From an uncultured Acidobacteriota bacterium (lineage in GTDB: Bacteria > Acidobacteriota > Thermoanaerobaculia > UBA5066): DNA of 64,000 nt. The DNA is taken from assembly GCA_903845115.1 (NCBI GenBank), contig CAIMWE010000119.1:828-64827 (forward strand), given 5' to 3'. Within the stretch, counting starts at the first letter, position 1. Every line of letters begins with the position of its first letter. The notes under the pieces are model-generated. The model was given only the letters and a program-made list of their open reading frames with translations, did not search any database and was not told where the DNA came from. Positions 7,923 to 17,915 of this stretch are shown piece after piece. The position numbers and the translations under genes were made by a program.

Positions 7923-9287
7923 TCAACAGTGGATGGAGCTCTTCGCCAGCCCTCCCCGGGCAGTCTCCTTGTAGCGGTCCGACATGTCCCGGCCGGTCTC
8001 CAGCATCACCTCCACCACGGCGTCGAAGTCGATCTTCTGGCTGGCCGGGTCTCCCGCCGAGGCGAGGAGATACGCGTTGTAGGCGTGGACGGCACCGACC
8101 GCGTTCCGTTCGATGCAGGGGATCTGGACGTAGCCGCCGATGGGGTCGCAGGTGAGCCCCAGGTGGTGCTCCAGCGCGATCTCGGCGGCGTTCTCCACGG
8201 TGCCGACGTCGCAGCCGTGGATGTGGGCGATCAGGGCGGCGGCCATGGACGAGGCGACGCCGATCTCCCCCTGGCAGCCGACCTCGGCGCCGGAGATGCT
8301 GGCGTTGTGACGGGCGATGCCGCCGATCGCGGCGGCGACGAGCAGCCCCTCCACGAGCAGGGGCCGGGGGACTTCCATGTGCTTGGCGAGGAGGTAGACG
8401 ACGCCGGGCATCACCCCGGCCGACCCCGACGTGGGCGCCGTCACCACCAGGTGCCCCGCCGCGTTCTCCTCAGAGGCGGCCAGGGCATAGGCGTTGAGGA
8501 GGATGGCGAAGCGGTCTGCCGAGTCGGGCATGCTCTGCGAGCGCCGGTACAGGACGGGGGCCTTGCGCGACAGGCCGATCGGCCCGGGCAGGACGCCGTC
8601 CGTGACGAGGCCCCGCTCCACGGCGTGCTCCATGGCGTCGAGGATTCCGTTGAGCCGACGGCTCACCTCGTCCGCTCCGCAGCCCGAAAGGACCGTCTCG
8701 TTGCGCCAGAGGAGCTCGACGAGGCCGAGGGCGTGGCGCTCCATCTGGCCGCGGAGCTGCCGCATGTTGGCGTACGGGACGGGCGGCATCGGCCTCGGGA
8801 TCTCCGACTCGCCCTTGCAGAGGATGAAGCCCCCGCCGATCGAGTAGTACTCCTTCTCCAGGAGGACCCTCTCCCCGGCGAGGAGGCGGAACACGAGCGT
8901 GTTGGGGTGGGGAAGGTCGCGGGGCGCGGCGTCGAAGTGGAGATGCTTCGGGCGGAACGGGATCGTCCCTTCCGCGAGCTGGAACGCGTAGGTCCCGTCC
9001 GGGTCCCTGCCCAGCGCGTCGAAGGCGTCCGGGTCGCACGTCTCCGGCTCCCATCCCAGGAGGCCGGCGATCACCGAACGGTCGGTCCCGTGCCCCTTTC
9101 CCGTCGTGGCGAGGGAGCCGTAGAGACGGACGTCCAGGGCGGTCGCCGCCTCCCGGGAAGCGCTCTCCAGCTCGGAGCAGGCCTGCCGGAAGCGACGGGC
9201 CGCCTTCATGGGCCCCAGCGTGTGCGAGCTGGAGGGACCGGGCCCGATCTTGAAGATGTCGAAGACGGAGGTCATCACGGAGTTCAT
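7923..9287 (-). CDS. sdaA: L-serine ammonia-lyase (iron-sulfur-dependent L-serine dehydratase, single-chain form)
   Basis: SVFDIFKIGPGPSSSHTLGPM N-terminus and CQGEIGVASSMAA Fe-S region. Start set to ATG 9287, which forms an ATGA overlap with the stop (9286..9284) of the upstream permease gene. Confidence 0.9.
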   Translation of the reverse strand: MNSVMTSVFDIFKIGPGPSSSHTLGPMKAARRFRQACSELESASREAATALDVRLYGSLATTGKGHGTDRSVIAGLLGWEPETCDPDAFDALGRDPDGTYAFQLAEGTIPFRPKHLHFDAAPRDLPHPNTLVFRLLAGERVLLEKEYYSIGGGFILCKGESEIPRPMPPVPYANMRQLRGQMERHALGLVELLWRNETVLSGCGADEVSRRLNGILDAMEHAVERGLVTDGVLPGPIGLSRKAPVLYRRSQSMPDSADRFAILLNAYALAASEENAAGHLVVTAPTSGSAGVMPGVVYLLAKHMEVPRPLLVEGLLVAAAIGGIARHNASISGAEVGCQGEIGVASSMAAALIAHIHGCDVGTVENAAEIALEHHLGLTCDPIGGYVQIPCIERNAVGAVHAYNAYLLASAGDPASQKIDFDAVVEVMLETGRDMSDRYKETARGGLAKSSIHC

Positions 9288-11389
9288 CGCGCGGGCCGCT
9301 CCGGGGCCCGATCCAGCCACTTCTTCATGATCATCTCCAGCTCCCCGCTCTTTCGGAGGCCCTCGAGCGCCCGGTCGAGGCCCTTCCCGAGGGGGGCGTT
9401 ACCCTTCTTGTAGGCGATGGCGTACGACTCTTGCTGGTCCAGGGAGATGAGCCGGCCGGCGACGACTTTCTGGGCCAGCCACTTCTCGAGGATCGGCCGG
9501 TCGAAGACCACCGCGTCGAGGACGCCGCTCTTGAACAGCGTCGCGAGGTCGGGCGAGGCGTCGAGCCGCCGCAGGGTCACCTCCGGGCGCTTCTCCAGGA
9601 ACGCTTCGCCCGTCGTCTCTTTCTTGACGCCGATGGACCGTCCCCGGAGGTCCTCGAGGGTGCGGACGGCGCTGTCCGGCGGCACGAGGAGAGCCAGCCC
9701 GCTCTGGTGGTAGCTCTCCGAGAACGCGACCGTGCGCTTGCGGTCCTCGGTCACGGTCAGCTCGCCGACGGCGACGTCCGCGAGGCCCTTCTCCACGGAC
9801 GGGAGCAGGTGCTTGAACGCGGTGGGACGGATGGAGACCCGGTAGCCCATGTCGTGGGCGAGGGCCTCGATGAGGTCGATGTCGAGGCCGGCGATCTTCC
9901 CGGAGTCGTCCTCGAAGGCGATGGGCGGGTTCGAGGCCTCGACGGCGACCCTGAGGACCGGCCGCCTGTCGATGACCTTCGTGGAGAGCAGCAGGAGACC
10001 GGCCACCAGGGCCGACCCCGTCAGGACCAGGTACTTCTTCGGGATCCGGATCCCCCCGAAGACCGGGCCGGTGCGGGAGTGCAGGTAGAGGACGGGCAGG
10101 CCGAACAGCGTCAGGCCGACGGCGGCCAGGGCGTTGACCGGCTGAGCGGCCAGCATCCCGTAGATGATGTAGGCGGCGCCGCCGAGCGCGATCAGGGGCG
10201 GCAGCGGATAGAGGGGGACCCGGTAGCTGCGGGGGGCGTCGGGGAGGCGCCTCCGGGCGATGAACACGGCGACGAAGCTCATCGCGTAGAAGATCCAGAT
10301 GACGAACATCGCCATGTCGGTCAACCGGTCGGCGTCGAGCATCCGCATGTAGACGAAGGCGAGGAGCACCATCAGCAGGGCGGCGTTCACCGGCGTCTTG
10401 CTGTCGTCCTCGATCTTTCGGAGACTCGCGGAACCGGGCAGCTGGTTGCGCTCGCCCATGACGAGCACGATGCGGGAGAGCGTCATGACGTAGCCGTTGA
10501 GCCCGCCCACGATGGAGACCATGATCCCCACCGAGAGGATGTTGCCTCCGTACAGCCCGAACAGCTTCTGCGCGGCGATGGAGGAGGCGTCGTGGCCGAG
10601 GGCGACCATCTCGGCCGGCGGCAGGACCCGGATCAGGGCGACGTTGATGACGAGGTAGACGACCGACAGGAAGGTCAGCCCGCCGATGATGGCCCGGGGC
10701 AGGATCTTGCCCGGGTCCTTCATCTCGCCGGCCACGGAGGCCACCTGGGACCAGCCGTCGTAGGCGAAGAGGGTGGCGATGACGGCCACGGAGAAAGGAC
10801 CGGCCAGCCCCGTCTGGTTCACCGCCATGTGGAGGACCTGGCCGTTGCCCTTCCAGAGGCCGAAGACCGCCAGCAGGAAGACCGGGATCAGCTTGCAGAA
10901 GGTCGCCACCATCTGCAGGTATCCGGCCTCCTTGACGCCGACGCTGTTCACGAAGAGGACGAAGGCCATGACGACGAAGCCGACCAGGGCCGAGAACTGG
11001 TCCGGGACGTCGAAGAGCAGACAGAAGACGGAGCTGAAGTAGGCCGCCAGGGCGCCGATCGTCGCCGGCCCGAAGATCAAGATCATCGTCCAGCCGTAGA
11101 GGTAGGAGACCCGGGTGCCGTAGATCTCCTCCAGGTAGACGTAGACGCCGCCGGTGCGCGGATAGAGGACGCCCAGCTCACAGAGAGTGAGGCCTCCGGC
11201 CATGCTGAGCAGCGCCCCGATGACCCAGGCGGCAAGGGCCCAGGAGGAATCGCCCGCCGCCGCCATCACCGCGGGCGGCTTCATGAAGGCGCCCGCGCCC
11301 AGGACCATGCCGACGACGAGGGAGAGAGCGCCGACCAGGCCCAGGTCGGCCTTGAGCTGAGGAGCGCTGGACTCGATCCGTTCTTCCAT
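9284..11389 (-). CDS. APC-superfamily amino-acid permease fused to a C-terminal periplasmic solute-binding (SBP_bac_3-like) domain
   Basis: Track ORF trimmed to ATG 11389 (MEERIESSAPQLK...). About 12 TM helices with FAYDGWSQV and TPVNAALL APC motifs. An extra TM (YLVLTGSALVAGLLLLS, ~nt 9975-10040) follows. Then comes a soluble domain, LRVAVEASNPPIAFEDDSGKIAGLDIDL...DAVVFDRPILEKW (~nt 9284-9965). Confidence 0.85.
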   Translation of the reverse strand: MEERIESSAPQLKADLGLVGALSLVVGMVLGAGAFMKPPAVMAAAGDSSWALAAWVIGALLSMAGGLTLCELGVLYPRTGGVYVYLEEIYGTRVSYLYGWTMILIFGPATIGALAAYFSSVFCLLFDVPDQFSALVGFVVMAFVLFVNSVGVKEAGYLQMVATFCKLIPVFLLAVFGLWKGNGQVLHMAVNQTGLAGPFSVAVIATLFAYDGWSQVASVAGEMKDPGKILPRAIIGGLTFLSVVYLVINVALIRVLPPAEMVALGHDASSIAAQKLFGLYGGNILSVGIMVSIVGGLNGYVMTLSRIVLVMGERNQLPGSASLRKIEDDSKTPVNAALLMVLLAFVYMRMLDADRLTDMAMFVIWIFYAMSFVAVFIARRRLPDAPRSYRVPLYPLPPLIALGGAAYIIYGMLAAQPVNALAAVGLTLFGLPVLYLHSRTGPVFGGIRIPKKYLVLTGSALVAGLLLLSTKVIDRRPVLRVAVEASNPPIAFEDDSGKIAGLDIDLIEALAHDMGYRVSIRPTAFKHLLPSVEKGLADVAVGELTVTEDRKRTVAFSESYHQSGLALLVPPDSAVRTLEDLRGRSIGVKKETTGEAFLEKRPEVTLRRLDASPDLATLFKSGVLDAVVFDRPILEKWLAQKVVAGRLISLDQQESYAIAYKKGNAPLGKGLDRALEGLRKSGELEMIMKKWLDRAPERPAR

Positions 11390-11725
11390 TTCCTGGCCCT
11401 CGCTGGATATCCCTGCTGTTGCCGATGCCGGCGGTCGCGACCCGGGACGCTCCGGCGGAGGCGTACCGGTCCGCCAATCACGGGGCCTCTCGCCTGGCCT
11501 GTCAAGAGGAAATGGGCCGCGTCCACGGAATCGCTTGAACCGGGTCCTGCCGTTCACTATCCTCGGTCAGGCGCGCATCGCACGTCGACCTCCCTGTTCG
11601 TTGCCGAGACGGAGGTGAGAGGGATTGAGCGGCCAGAGACCGGCCTGTCACGGTCCTCCCGGGGACGACGGAAGCGTTCATGGGCACCCCCCTCGACACG
11701 TCCGACGGCGAGAGGAGACGAGATC

Positions 11726-13276
11726 GTGACGACACCCAGAGAGATCTTCAGGGATGGGATGACGAGGCGGGAAAGCCTCAGGCTCTCGGGACTGGCCCTG
11801 GGCGGGCTGGCCCTGGGGGGAAAAGCCGCGGCGGTCTGCACGGAGCCGGCGACGCCGTGCTATCCGGCGACCGAGAAGACCCAGCAGTACGGGTTCTACG
11901 ACAGCCTGCCGACCCTGGACTACCGCCAGACCCCGAAGCCGCCCGGGACGGTGTTCACCCCCCCCACGGACACGCCGAAGCTCGAGTCCGACGAGATGCG
12001 GATCACCTTCATGGGCTCGTGCATCCCCCCGGTCCGCCGGGCGCAGGCGATGATGAGCATCTTCGTCGAGGTCGGGTGGGACGAGGTGAACAACCGGGCC
12101 ATGGACCAGTTCGTCTTCGACTGCGGCTCGGGGTGCGTCCGGAACTACGGGGCGATGGGGGTCGGTTTCGGCCGGATGGACAAGGTCTTCATCAACCACC
12201 TGCACGGCGACCACATGTCCGACCTGACCCACATCTACTGCTTCGGGCCGTCGCTGGACCGCCTCTCCCCCCTGTACGTCTGGGGGCCGGGCCCGTCGGG
12301 CGTCAGGAGCCCGAAGTTTCCGCACAAGCTCTACAACGACGGCACGAAGGCGTTCTGCGAGCACCTCCGGGAAGCGCTGCGGTGGCACTCGGAGAGCTTC
12401 AGCTTCCAGAACACGAGCTACCAGGGCTACGAGCCGCCCACCCGCAAGAGCTGGGGGCTGCCGGTCGAGCCCGTCCCGGTCTCGGATGACGAGCCGGATG
12501 ACGGGTACGCCATGGTCCCGATCCAGCTGGACTGGCAGCAGGTGGGGGGCGTCGCCTACGCCAACAAGGCGACCGGCGCGAAGGTCACGCACTTCCCGGT
12601 GATCCACTGCCGGAGGGGCTCCGTCGGCTACAAGCTCGAGTGGAAGGGCCTGTCGATGATCTACACGAGCGACACCAAGCCCGAGTACAACACCATCATC
12701 CAGGCCGCCAACAGGGGCAAGGGCGTGGACGTGCTCATCCACGAGATGGTCGTCCCGCCGGAGATCTGGGCCATGGAGGCCGCGCACTACGACAGCGTGC
12801 CAGTGGGTGGCGGCGAGACCTGGGACAACACCGTCAAGCGCCTGAAGCAGGTGCAGGACAGCTCCCACACCCCGCAGGGGGGCTTCGGCTACCTGCTCAG
12901 CCAGATCCACCCCCGTCCCCGGATGACGGTCGCCACCCACTTCCCGGTGGCCGACGACACGATCGCCTGCGCCCTCCGGAGCATCCACAACCAGTGCCCG
13001 GACATCAACCCGGACATCAACCTCCTGTGCCTGCAGCCGATCACCTGGTCGTTCGACCTGATGGTGATCAGCGTGAGGCCCGGAAAGCCGGTCCAGCAGT
13101 TCAGGGCCCTGGTCAACGACTTCGGATTCTCGCCGCTATACCAGGGGCCGGACTCGAGCCTCCTGAACACGCCGAAGTACCACGACAAGAACGGGGACCC
13201 GGATCCCTACGCCCAGATCGACCCCTCGGCCTCGATCGTCGCGGGCGACGACACCTACTGCACGGACGGCTACTGA
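11726..13276 (+). CDS. Tat-exported metallo-beta-lactamase-fold hydrolase
   Basis: Only the last ~516 codons of track ORF 9431..13276 are protein-like. GTG 11726 has a GGAGA RBS 8 nt upstream (alternative ATG at 11759). Twin-arginine signal MTRRESLRLSGLALGGLALGG. HLHGDH (HxHxDH) zinc motif. Confidence 0.85.
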   Translation: MTTPREIFRDGMTRRESLRLSGLALGGLALGGKAAAVCTEPATPCYPATEKTQQYGFYDSLPTLDYRQTPKPPGTVFTPPTDTPKLESDEMRITFMGSCIPPVRRAQAMMSIFVEVGWDEVNNRAMDQFVFDCGSGCVRNYGAMGVGFGRMDKVFINHLHGDHMSDLTHIYCFGPSLDRLSPLYVWGPGPSGVRSPKFPHKLYNDGTKAFCEHLREALRWHSESFSFQNTSYQGYEPPTRKSWGLPVEPVPVSDDEPDDGYAMVPIQLDWQQVGGVAYANKATGAKVTHFPVIHCRRGSVGYKLEWKGLSMIYTSDTKPEYNTIIQAANRGKGVDVLIHEMVVPPEIWAMEAAHYDSVPVGGGETWDNTVKRLKQVQDSSHTPQGGFGYLLSQIHPRPRMTVATHFPVADDTIACALRSIHNQCPDINPDINLLCLQPITWSFDLMVISVRPGKPVQQFRALVNDFGFSPLYQGPDSSLLNTPKYHDKNGDPDPYAQIDPSASIVAGDDTYCTDGY

Positions 13277-13381
13277 CCCTGCGATCCGACCGGGCGGGAC
13301 GCCGACGGGGGACGGCGATCCTGCCGTCGCCGGGACGGGCGCCGGTGGCGCCGGACTCCGTGGCAGACTCGGCACCGACCG

Positions 13382-13861
13382 ATGCCTCGAGCCGAAGCCC
13401 CCGGCGCACGGGACGCGTCCGCGCCGCCCGAAACCTCCCTCCTGTTCCCGTGGCCGCCGCGGAGGCTCCGGTGGGCGCGGCCCGTCCAGCTGCTCCTCCG
13501 GACGATCCACCTCGCGGCCATGGCGTTCGTCCTCGGGGGCGTCGCGTTCCACGCGCCCCAGCGGGCTCTCGCCCTCCCGATGGTCCTGACGGTCCTGAGC
13601 GGGATCTTCCTCCTCGCGGTCGACGTCGCCAGGAGCGGTGTCTTCCTCTACCTGGCGGCGGGGCTCGCCGTCCACGTCAAGGTGATCCTCCTCGTGCTGG
13701 GCAGCGTGTTCCCCGAGCTGCGCCTCGCGTTCTACCTCGCCGCGACCGTGGTGGCTTCGTTCAGCTCGCACATGAGCGGACCTCTTCGCCACTACTCCTT
13801 CTTCCACGGGAGGGTCCTGGAGCAGGGCCCGCGAGCGGAGCGATCCGGACCGCACGACTGA
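13382..13861 (+). CDS. Small integral membrane protein (about 4 TM helices), function unknown
   Basis: Hydrophobic helices LAAMAFVLGGVAF, LPMVLTVLSGIFLLAV, VFLYLAAGLAVHVKVILLVLG, LAFYLAATVVASF. The N-terminal ~30 residues are RPG-rich, so the true start is uncertain. Confidence 0.5.
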   Translation: MPRAEAPGARDASAPPETSLLFPWPPRRLRWARPVQLLLRTIHLAAMAFVLGGVAFHAPQRALALPMVLTVLSGIFLLAVDVARSGVFLYLAAGLAVHVKVILLVLGSVFPELRLAFYLAATVVASFSSHMSGPLRHYSFFHGRVLEQGPRAERSGPHD

Positions 13862-13907
13862 TGCGGGATGTTGCGCGTCCCGCCCCTGGATGAAGGAAAA
13901 TGCCCCC

Positions 13908-14723
13908 ATGAACAGAACGACCACCGCCCTCACCGGGGCCCTCGCTTTCCTTCTGGCCGCCGCATCGCCGTGCCTCGCGCAGCCCACGCTCATCCTCTCC
14001 ACCACGACGAGCACCCAGGACAGCGGCCTCCTCGACGACCTCCTCCCCCGCTTCGAGGCGAAGACGGGGATCAAGGTGAAGACGATCGCCGTCGGGTCCG
14101 GCGAGGCTCTGGCGATGGGCCGCCGGGGCGACGCGGACGTCCTCCTCGTCCACTCCAAGGCGGCCGAGGACGAGTTCATGGCGCAGGGGTTCGGGTCGCT
14201 CCGGCTGGACGTCATGCACAACGACTTCGTCCTCGTCGGCCCGTCATCCGACCCCGCGGGGATCAAGGGCCTCTCGATCGCTGACGCGCTGAAGAGGATC
14301 GCCGAGAAGGGCCTCCCCTTCGTCTCGCGCGACGACCGCTCGGGAACGCACGCCCGCGAGCTCGAGCTCTGGAAGAAGGCCGGGATCGCCCCCGCCGGGA
14401 AGAGCTGGTACGTCGCCACCGGCCAGGGAATGGGAGAGACGGCGCGCGTCACCTCCGAGAAGAAGGCCTACACGCTCGCCGACCGCGGCACGTTCCTCGC
14501 GCTCCGGAAGACCCTGTCGCTCGAGATCCTCGTCGAGGGCGAGAAGGACCTCTGGAACTCCTACCGCGTCATCGTCGTCAACCCGGAGAAGCACCCGAAG
14601 ACCCACGAGAAGGAAGCACGGCAGTTCGCCCAGTGGATCGTCGCGCCCGAGACCCAGAAGGTGATCGGCGAGTTCGGCCGCGCGAAGTACGGCCAGCCGC
14701 TCTTCGTCCCCGACGCGAAATAG
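13908..14723 (+). CDS. tupA: Tungstate ABC transporter substrate-binding protein
   Basis: Signal peptide MNRTTTALTGALAFLLAAASPCLAQ. TTTSTQDSGLLD (the TTTS motif characteristic of TupA). GDADVLLVHS. Start set to ATG 13908 (GAAGGA RBS) rather than 13890. Confidence 0.8.
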   Translation: MNRTTTALTGALAFLLAAASPCLAQPTLILSTTTSTQDSGLLDDLLPRFEAKTGIKVKTIAVGSGEALAMGRRGDADVLLVHSKAAEDEFMAQGFGSLRLDVMHNDFVLVGPSSDPAGIKGLSIADALKRIAEKGLPFVSRDDRSGTHARELELWKKAGIAPAGKSWYVATGQGMGETARVTSEKKAYTLADRGTFLALRKTLSLEILVEGEKDLWNSYRVIVVNPEKHPKTHEKEARQFAQWIVAPETQKVIGEFGRAKYGQPLFVPDAK

Positions 14724-14726
14724 GAA

Positions 14727-15410
14727 GTGGTCGGGCTGCTCGATTCCGTCACCGCGCTCCTCCCGATGCAGGGGGAGCTGGCCGGCATCGTCCTCCTCTC
14801 GCTCTTCGTCTCGGGGGCCGCGATGGCCGTCTCGATGCTGATCGGCGTCCCGGCGGGGATCTTCCTCGGCCTCCACCGCTTTCCCGGGCGGAGCTTCCTC
14901 GTCACGCTCGTGAACACCGGGATGGGGCTCCCCCCCGTCGTCGTCGGCCTGGGCGTCTTCCTCCTGCTCGCCCGCTCGGGCCCGCTCGGAGGCCTCGACC
15001 TTCTCTACACCCCGGCGGCGATGGTCCTGGCGCAGGTCGTCATCGCCACTCCCCTGGTCGTCGGGATCACGCTCGCCGCCATCCAGGGCCTCGACGAGAG
15101 GCTCCACCTCCAGATCCTCTCCCTCGGCGCCTCGCGCGGCCAGCTCTACCTGAGGCTCGTGAAGGAGGCCCGCCTCTCCCTCGTGGCGGCGCTCGCCGCT
15201 GGCTTCGGGTCGATCATCTCGGAAGTGGGCGCCGTGATGATGGTCGGCGGGAACATCAAGGGGCAGACCCGGGTGATGACGACGGCGATCGTCCTCCAGA
15301 CGCGGCAGGGAGAGTTCGGGAACGCGGTCGCGCTGGGGACGATCCTCCTGGGACTGGCCCTGGCGATCAACTGGCTCTTCACCTGGGTCCAGCAGAGGCA
15401 GCGCGCGTGA
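14727..15410 (+). CDS. tupB: Tungstate ABC transporter permease
   Basis: 227 aa, 5-6 TM helices, binding-protein-dependent transport signature region (LSLGASRGQLYLRLV). GTG start 3 nt after the tupA stop. Confidence 0.8.
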   Translation: MVGLLDSVTALLPMQGELAGIVLLSLFVSGAAMAVSMLIGVPAGIFLGLHRFPGRSFLVTLVNTGMGLPPVVVGLGVFLLLARSGPLGGLDLLYTPAAMVLAQVVIATPLVVGITLAAIQGLDERLHLQILSLGASRGQLYLRLVKEARLSLVAALAAGFGSIISEVGAVMMVGGNIKGQTRVMTTAIVLQTRQGEFGNAVALGTILLGLALAINWLFTWVQQRQRA

Positions 15411-16537
15411 GTCTCCTCCGGCTCGACGACGTCGCGGTCGTGCGCGAAGGGAAGACGCTTCTCTCCCTCCCCCGCTTCGAGGTCGAGGAGGGGGAGATCC
15501 TCGCCGTCCTCGGCCCGACGGGCGCGGGGAAGAGCACGCTCCTGCGCATCCTCCACTTCCTCGAGCGGCCCGCGGCCGGGACCCTCTCGTGGCGGGGAGA
15601 GAGGGTGCCGTGGCCCGCCCCGCTCCCGCTCCGGCGGAAGATCTCGATGGCGTTCCAGGACCCGCTCCTCCTGTCGGGGACGACGACCGAGAACGTCGCC
15701 TACGGCCTCGAGGTACGGGGCGAGAACGGCCGCGGCTCCCGGGAGCGGGTGGAGGCGGCGCTCCGGCTCTTCCACGTCGACCACCTCGCGGCCCGTTCCA
15801 CCCGTAACCTCTCGGGCGGGGAGGCCCAGCGGACCGCCCTCGCGCGGGCGTTCGTCCTCTCCCCCGACCTCCTCCTCCTGGACGAGCCGTTCGCCGCCCT
15901 CGACGCGCCGATCCGCAAGCACCTCCTCCAGGAGCTGAAGCAGGCCGTCCGCGCGCACGGCATCACCTGCGTCTACGTGACCCACGAGCAGGGGGAGGCG
16001 TTCTCCATCGCCGACCGGATCGCCGTCCTCCGGCGCGGAGAGCTCCTCCAGGCGGGGCCGCCCGAGGACGTCCTCCGCCGCCCGCACAGCCGCGCCGTCG
16101 CCCGCTTCATGCAGACCGGGAACATCCTCCCCGGCGTCGTCTCCAGGCGCACGGAGGCGATCTCCGAGGTGACGGTCGGCCCGCGCCTCCTCTTCTCGCG
16201 CGCCGGCTTTCCCGAGGGGACGCCCGTCCACACCTGCGTCCGCCGCGAGGAGGTCCTCGTCGAGGCCCCGGGCGAGGCTTCCCCCGCCCCTGGCCTGAAT
16301 CGCTTCCCCGGGACGGTCGAGGCCGTCGTCGACCTCGGCTCCACGATGCAGGTACGGATCGACGCCGGCTTCCCGGGCCTTCCGCTCCAGTCCCTCGTCA
16401 CCCGGCGCGTGGCGCACGACCTCTCCCTGAGGCCCGGCGGCGAGGTCTTCGCGACGTTCTCCGCGGCCTCGGTCCACCTCATCCGCCGTGAAGGGAGCGA
16501 GATCGATGACGACCTCGGGAACCATGACAACCTGTAG
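15407..16537 (+). CDS. tupC: Tungstate ABC transporter ATP-binding protein with C-terminal TOBE/Mop-like domain
   Basis: Only the C-terminal 376 codons of track ORF 14633..16537 are protein-like. GTG 15407 overlaps the tupB TGA (GTGA). Walker A GPTGAGKST, signature LSGGEAQR, Walker B LLLLDEP. Confidence 0.8.
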   Translation: MSLLRLDDVAVVREGKTLLSLPRFEVEEGEILAVLGPTGAGKSTLLRILHFLERPAAGTLSWRGERVPWPAPLPLRRKISMAFQDPLLLSGTTTENVAYGLEVRGENGRGSRERVEAALRLFHVDHLAARSTRNLSGGEAQRTALARAFVLSPDLLLLDEPFAALDAPIRKHLLQELKQAVRAHGITCVYVTHEQGEAFSIADRIAVLRRGELLQAGPPEDVLRRPHSRAVARFMQTGNILPGVVSRRTEAISEVTVGPRLLFSRAGFPEGTPVHTCVRREEVLVEAPGEASPAPGLNRFPGTVEAVVDLGSTMQVRIDAGFPGLPLQSLVTRRVAHDLSLRPGGEVFATFSAASVHLIRREGSEIDDDLGNHDNL

Positions 16538-17753
16538 CGAGGCGCTTCGCCTCGTCCTCGATTCCGTCGATCCGCTCCCCGCCCGGAAGACGTCCCTCGA
16601 GGGCGCCCTCGGGCTCGTCCTCGCCGGGACCCTGGTCTCCCCCGAGACGGTTCCCCCCTTCACGAACTCCGCGATGGACGGGTACGCCGTGCGGGCGGAC
16701 GACTGCGCGGCGGCGGCGCCCGGAGCCCCCGTCTCGCTCGAGGTGCTCTCCGACCTCCCCGCCGGGAGCGTCGCCCTTCACGACGTGCGCCCCGGCACGG
16801 CCATCCGGATCATGACGGGGGCTCCGCTCCCCGGAGGCGCCGACACCGTCGTCCCGGTCGAGGCCACGACCTCGGACGCCGGCCGGGTCCGGATCACCGC
16901 GCCGCCGAAGCGGGGCGCCAACGTCCGGAAAGCCGGCGAGGACCTCCGCGAGGGCGAGGAGCTCCTGCCGAAGGGGTTCGTCCTCACCCCGGCGGCCCTC
17001 GGCATCCTCGCGTCCGTCGGACTGGCGGAGGTCCCGGTCCACCCGCGGGTCCGGATCGCGATCCTGACGACGGGGGACGAGCTGGTGGCCGCGGCGGAGA
17101 AGCCGGGCCCCGGGCAGATCCGGGACTCGAACATCCAGACGATGTGCGGCCAGGCCGTGGCCTTCGGGGCCGTGCCCGTCCCCTTTCCGCGCGTCCCCGA
17201 TACGCGCGAGGCCGTGACCCTCGCCCTGACGAAGGCGCGAGAGAGCGCCGACGTCATCGTGACGAACGGCGGCATCTCCGTCGGCGACTACGACTTCATC
17301 AAGGCCGTCCTCGCGGACTGCGGCGCCCGCGAGGTCTTCTGGAAGGTGCGGCAGAAGCCGGGCGGGCCGCTCGGGTTCTGGCTCTGGGGCGGCACGCCCG
17401 TCTTCGGCATCCCGGGCAACACCGTGGCCGCCATGGTCTGCATGGAGGAGTACGTGAGGCCCGCCCTCCGGAAGATGATGGGGCACGCCCGGCTCCTCCG
17501 CCCAGAGGTGACCGGGATCTTCGAGGGGGAGTTCCGCAAGAGCGCCCCCGACGGGAAGGTCCACCTGGTCCGCGTCCGGGCTCGGCGCGAGAACGGGAAG
17601 GTCGTCGTCTCCCCTTCCGGCCCGCAGGGCTCGGGAATTCTCTCGTCGATGCTCCGCTCGAACGCGCTCGCGCTCGTCCCCGCGGAGGCGGTCGCCCTGA
17701 AGAGCGGCGACGAGGTCCTGGTGCACCTGATCGAGGAGCCCGAGGACCGCTGA
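16506..17753 (+). CDS. moeA: Molybdopterin molybdenum/tungsten-transferase MoeA
   Basis: PPFTNSAMDGYAVRADD, GEDLREGE and TTGDELV motifs. ATG 16506 is preceded by GGGAG (alternative starts at 16488 and 16524). Overlaps the tupC 3' end. Confidence 0.9.
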   Translation: MTTSGTMTTCSEALRLVLDSVDPLPARKTSLEGALGLVLAGTLVSPETVPPFTNSAMDGYAVRADDCAAAAPGAPVSLEVLSDLPAGSVALHDVRPGTAIRIMTGAPLPGGADTVVPVEATTSDAGRVRITAPPKRGANVRKAGEDLREGEELLPKGFVLTPAALGILASVGLAEVPVHPRVRIAILTTGDELVAAAEKPGPGQIRDSNIQTMCGQAVAFGAVPVPFPRVPDTREAVTLALTKARESADVIVTNGGISVGDYDFIKAVLADCGAREVFWKVRQKPGGPLGFWLWGGTPVFGIPGNTVAAMVCMEEYVRPALRKMMGHARLLRPEVTGIFEGEFRKSAPDGKVHLVRVRARRENGKVVVSPSGPQGSGILSSMLRSNALALVPAEAVALKSGDEVLVHLIEEPEDR

Positions 17754-17755
17754 CG
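17691..17755 (+). repeat. Left copy of a direct repeat: the authentic moeA 3' end including the stop codon
   Basis: nt 17701-17755 versus 19661-19715 match at 45 of 55 positions with no indel, exactly 1960 nt apart. This includes an identical CCCGAGGACCGCTGACG spanning the TGA. Confidence 0.6.
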
Positions 17756-17915
17756 CGGACGGGTCAGCGGGCTCCCGACTCCCGCGGGACCTCGGTTCCT
17801 GACCGAATCGGGCCCCAGCTCGAGGCCTTCGGCGGGTAGGATCCCTGCGGTCGATCTCGGGCCGTGCGCCCCCCGGGCCGCGGGAACGGAATCGACCCGA
17901 GAAGGAGGTACCCGG

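Noticed and set aside
9431-11725. N-terminal ~765 codons of the 1281-aa plus-strand ORF 9431..13276
   Set aside because: This part is antisense to the permease gene and has junk composition. Only the segment from GTG 11726 / ATG 11759 (Tat signal, HxHxDH) is a real gene.
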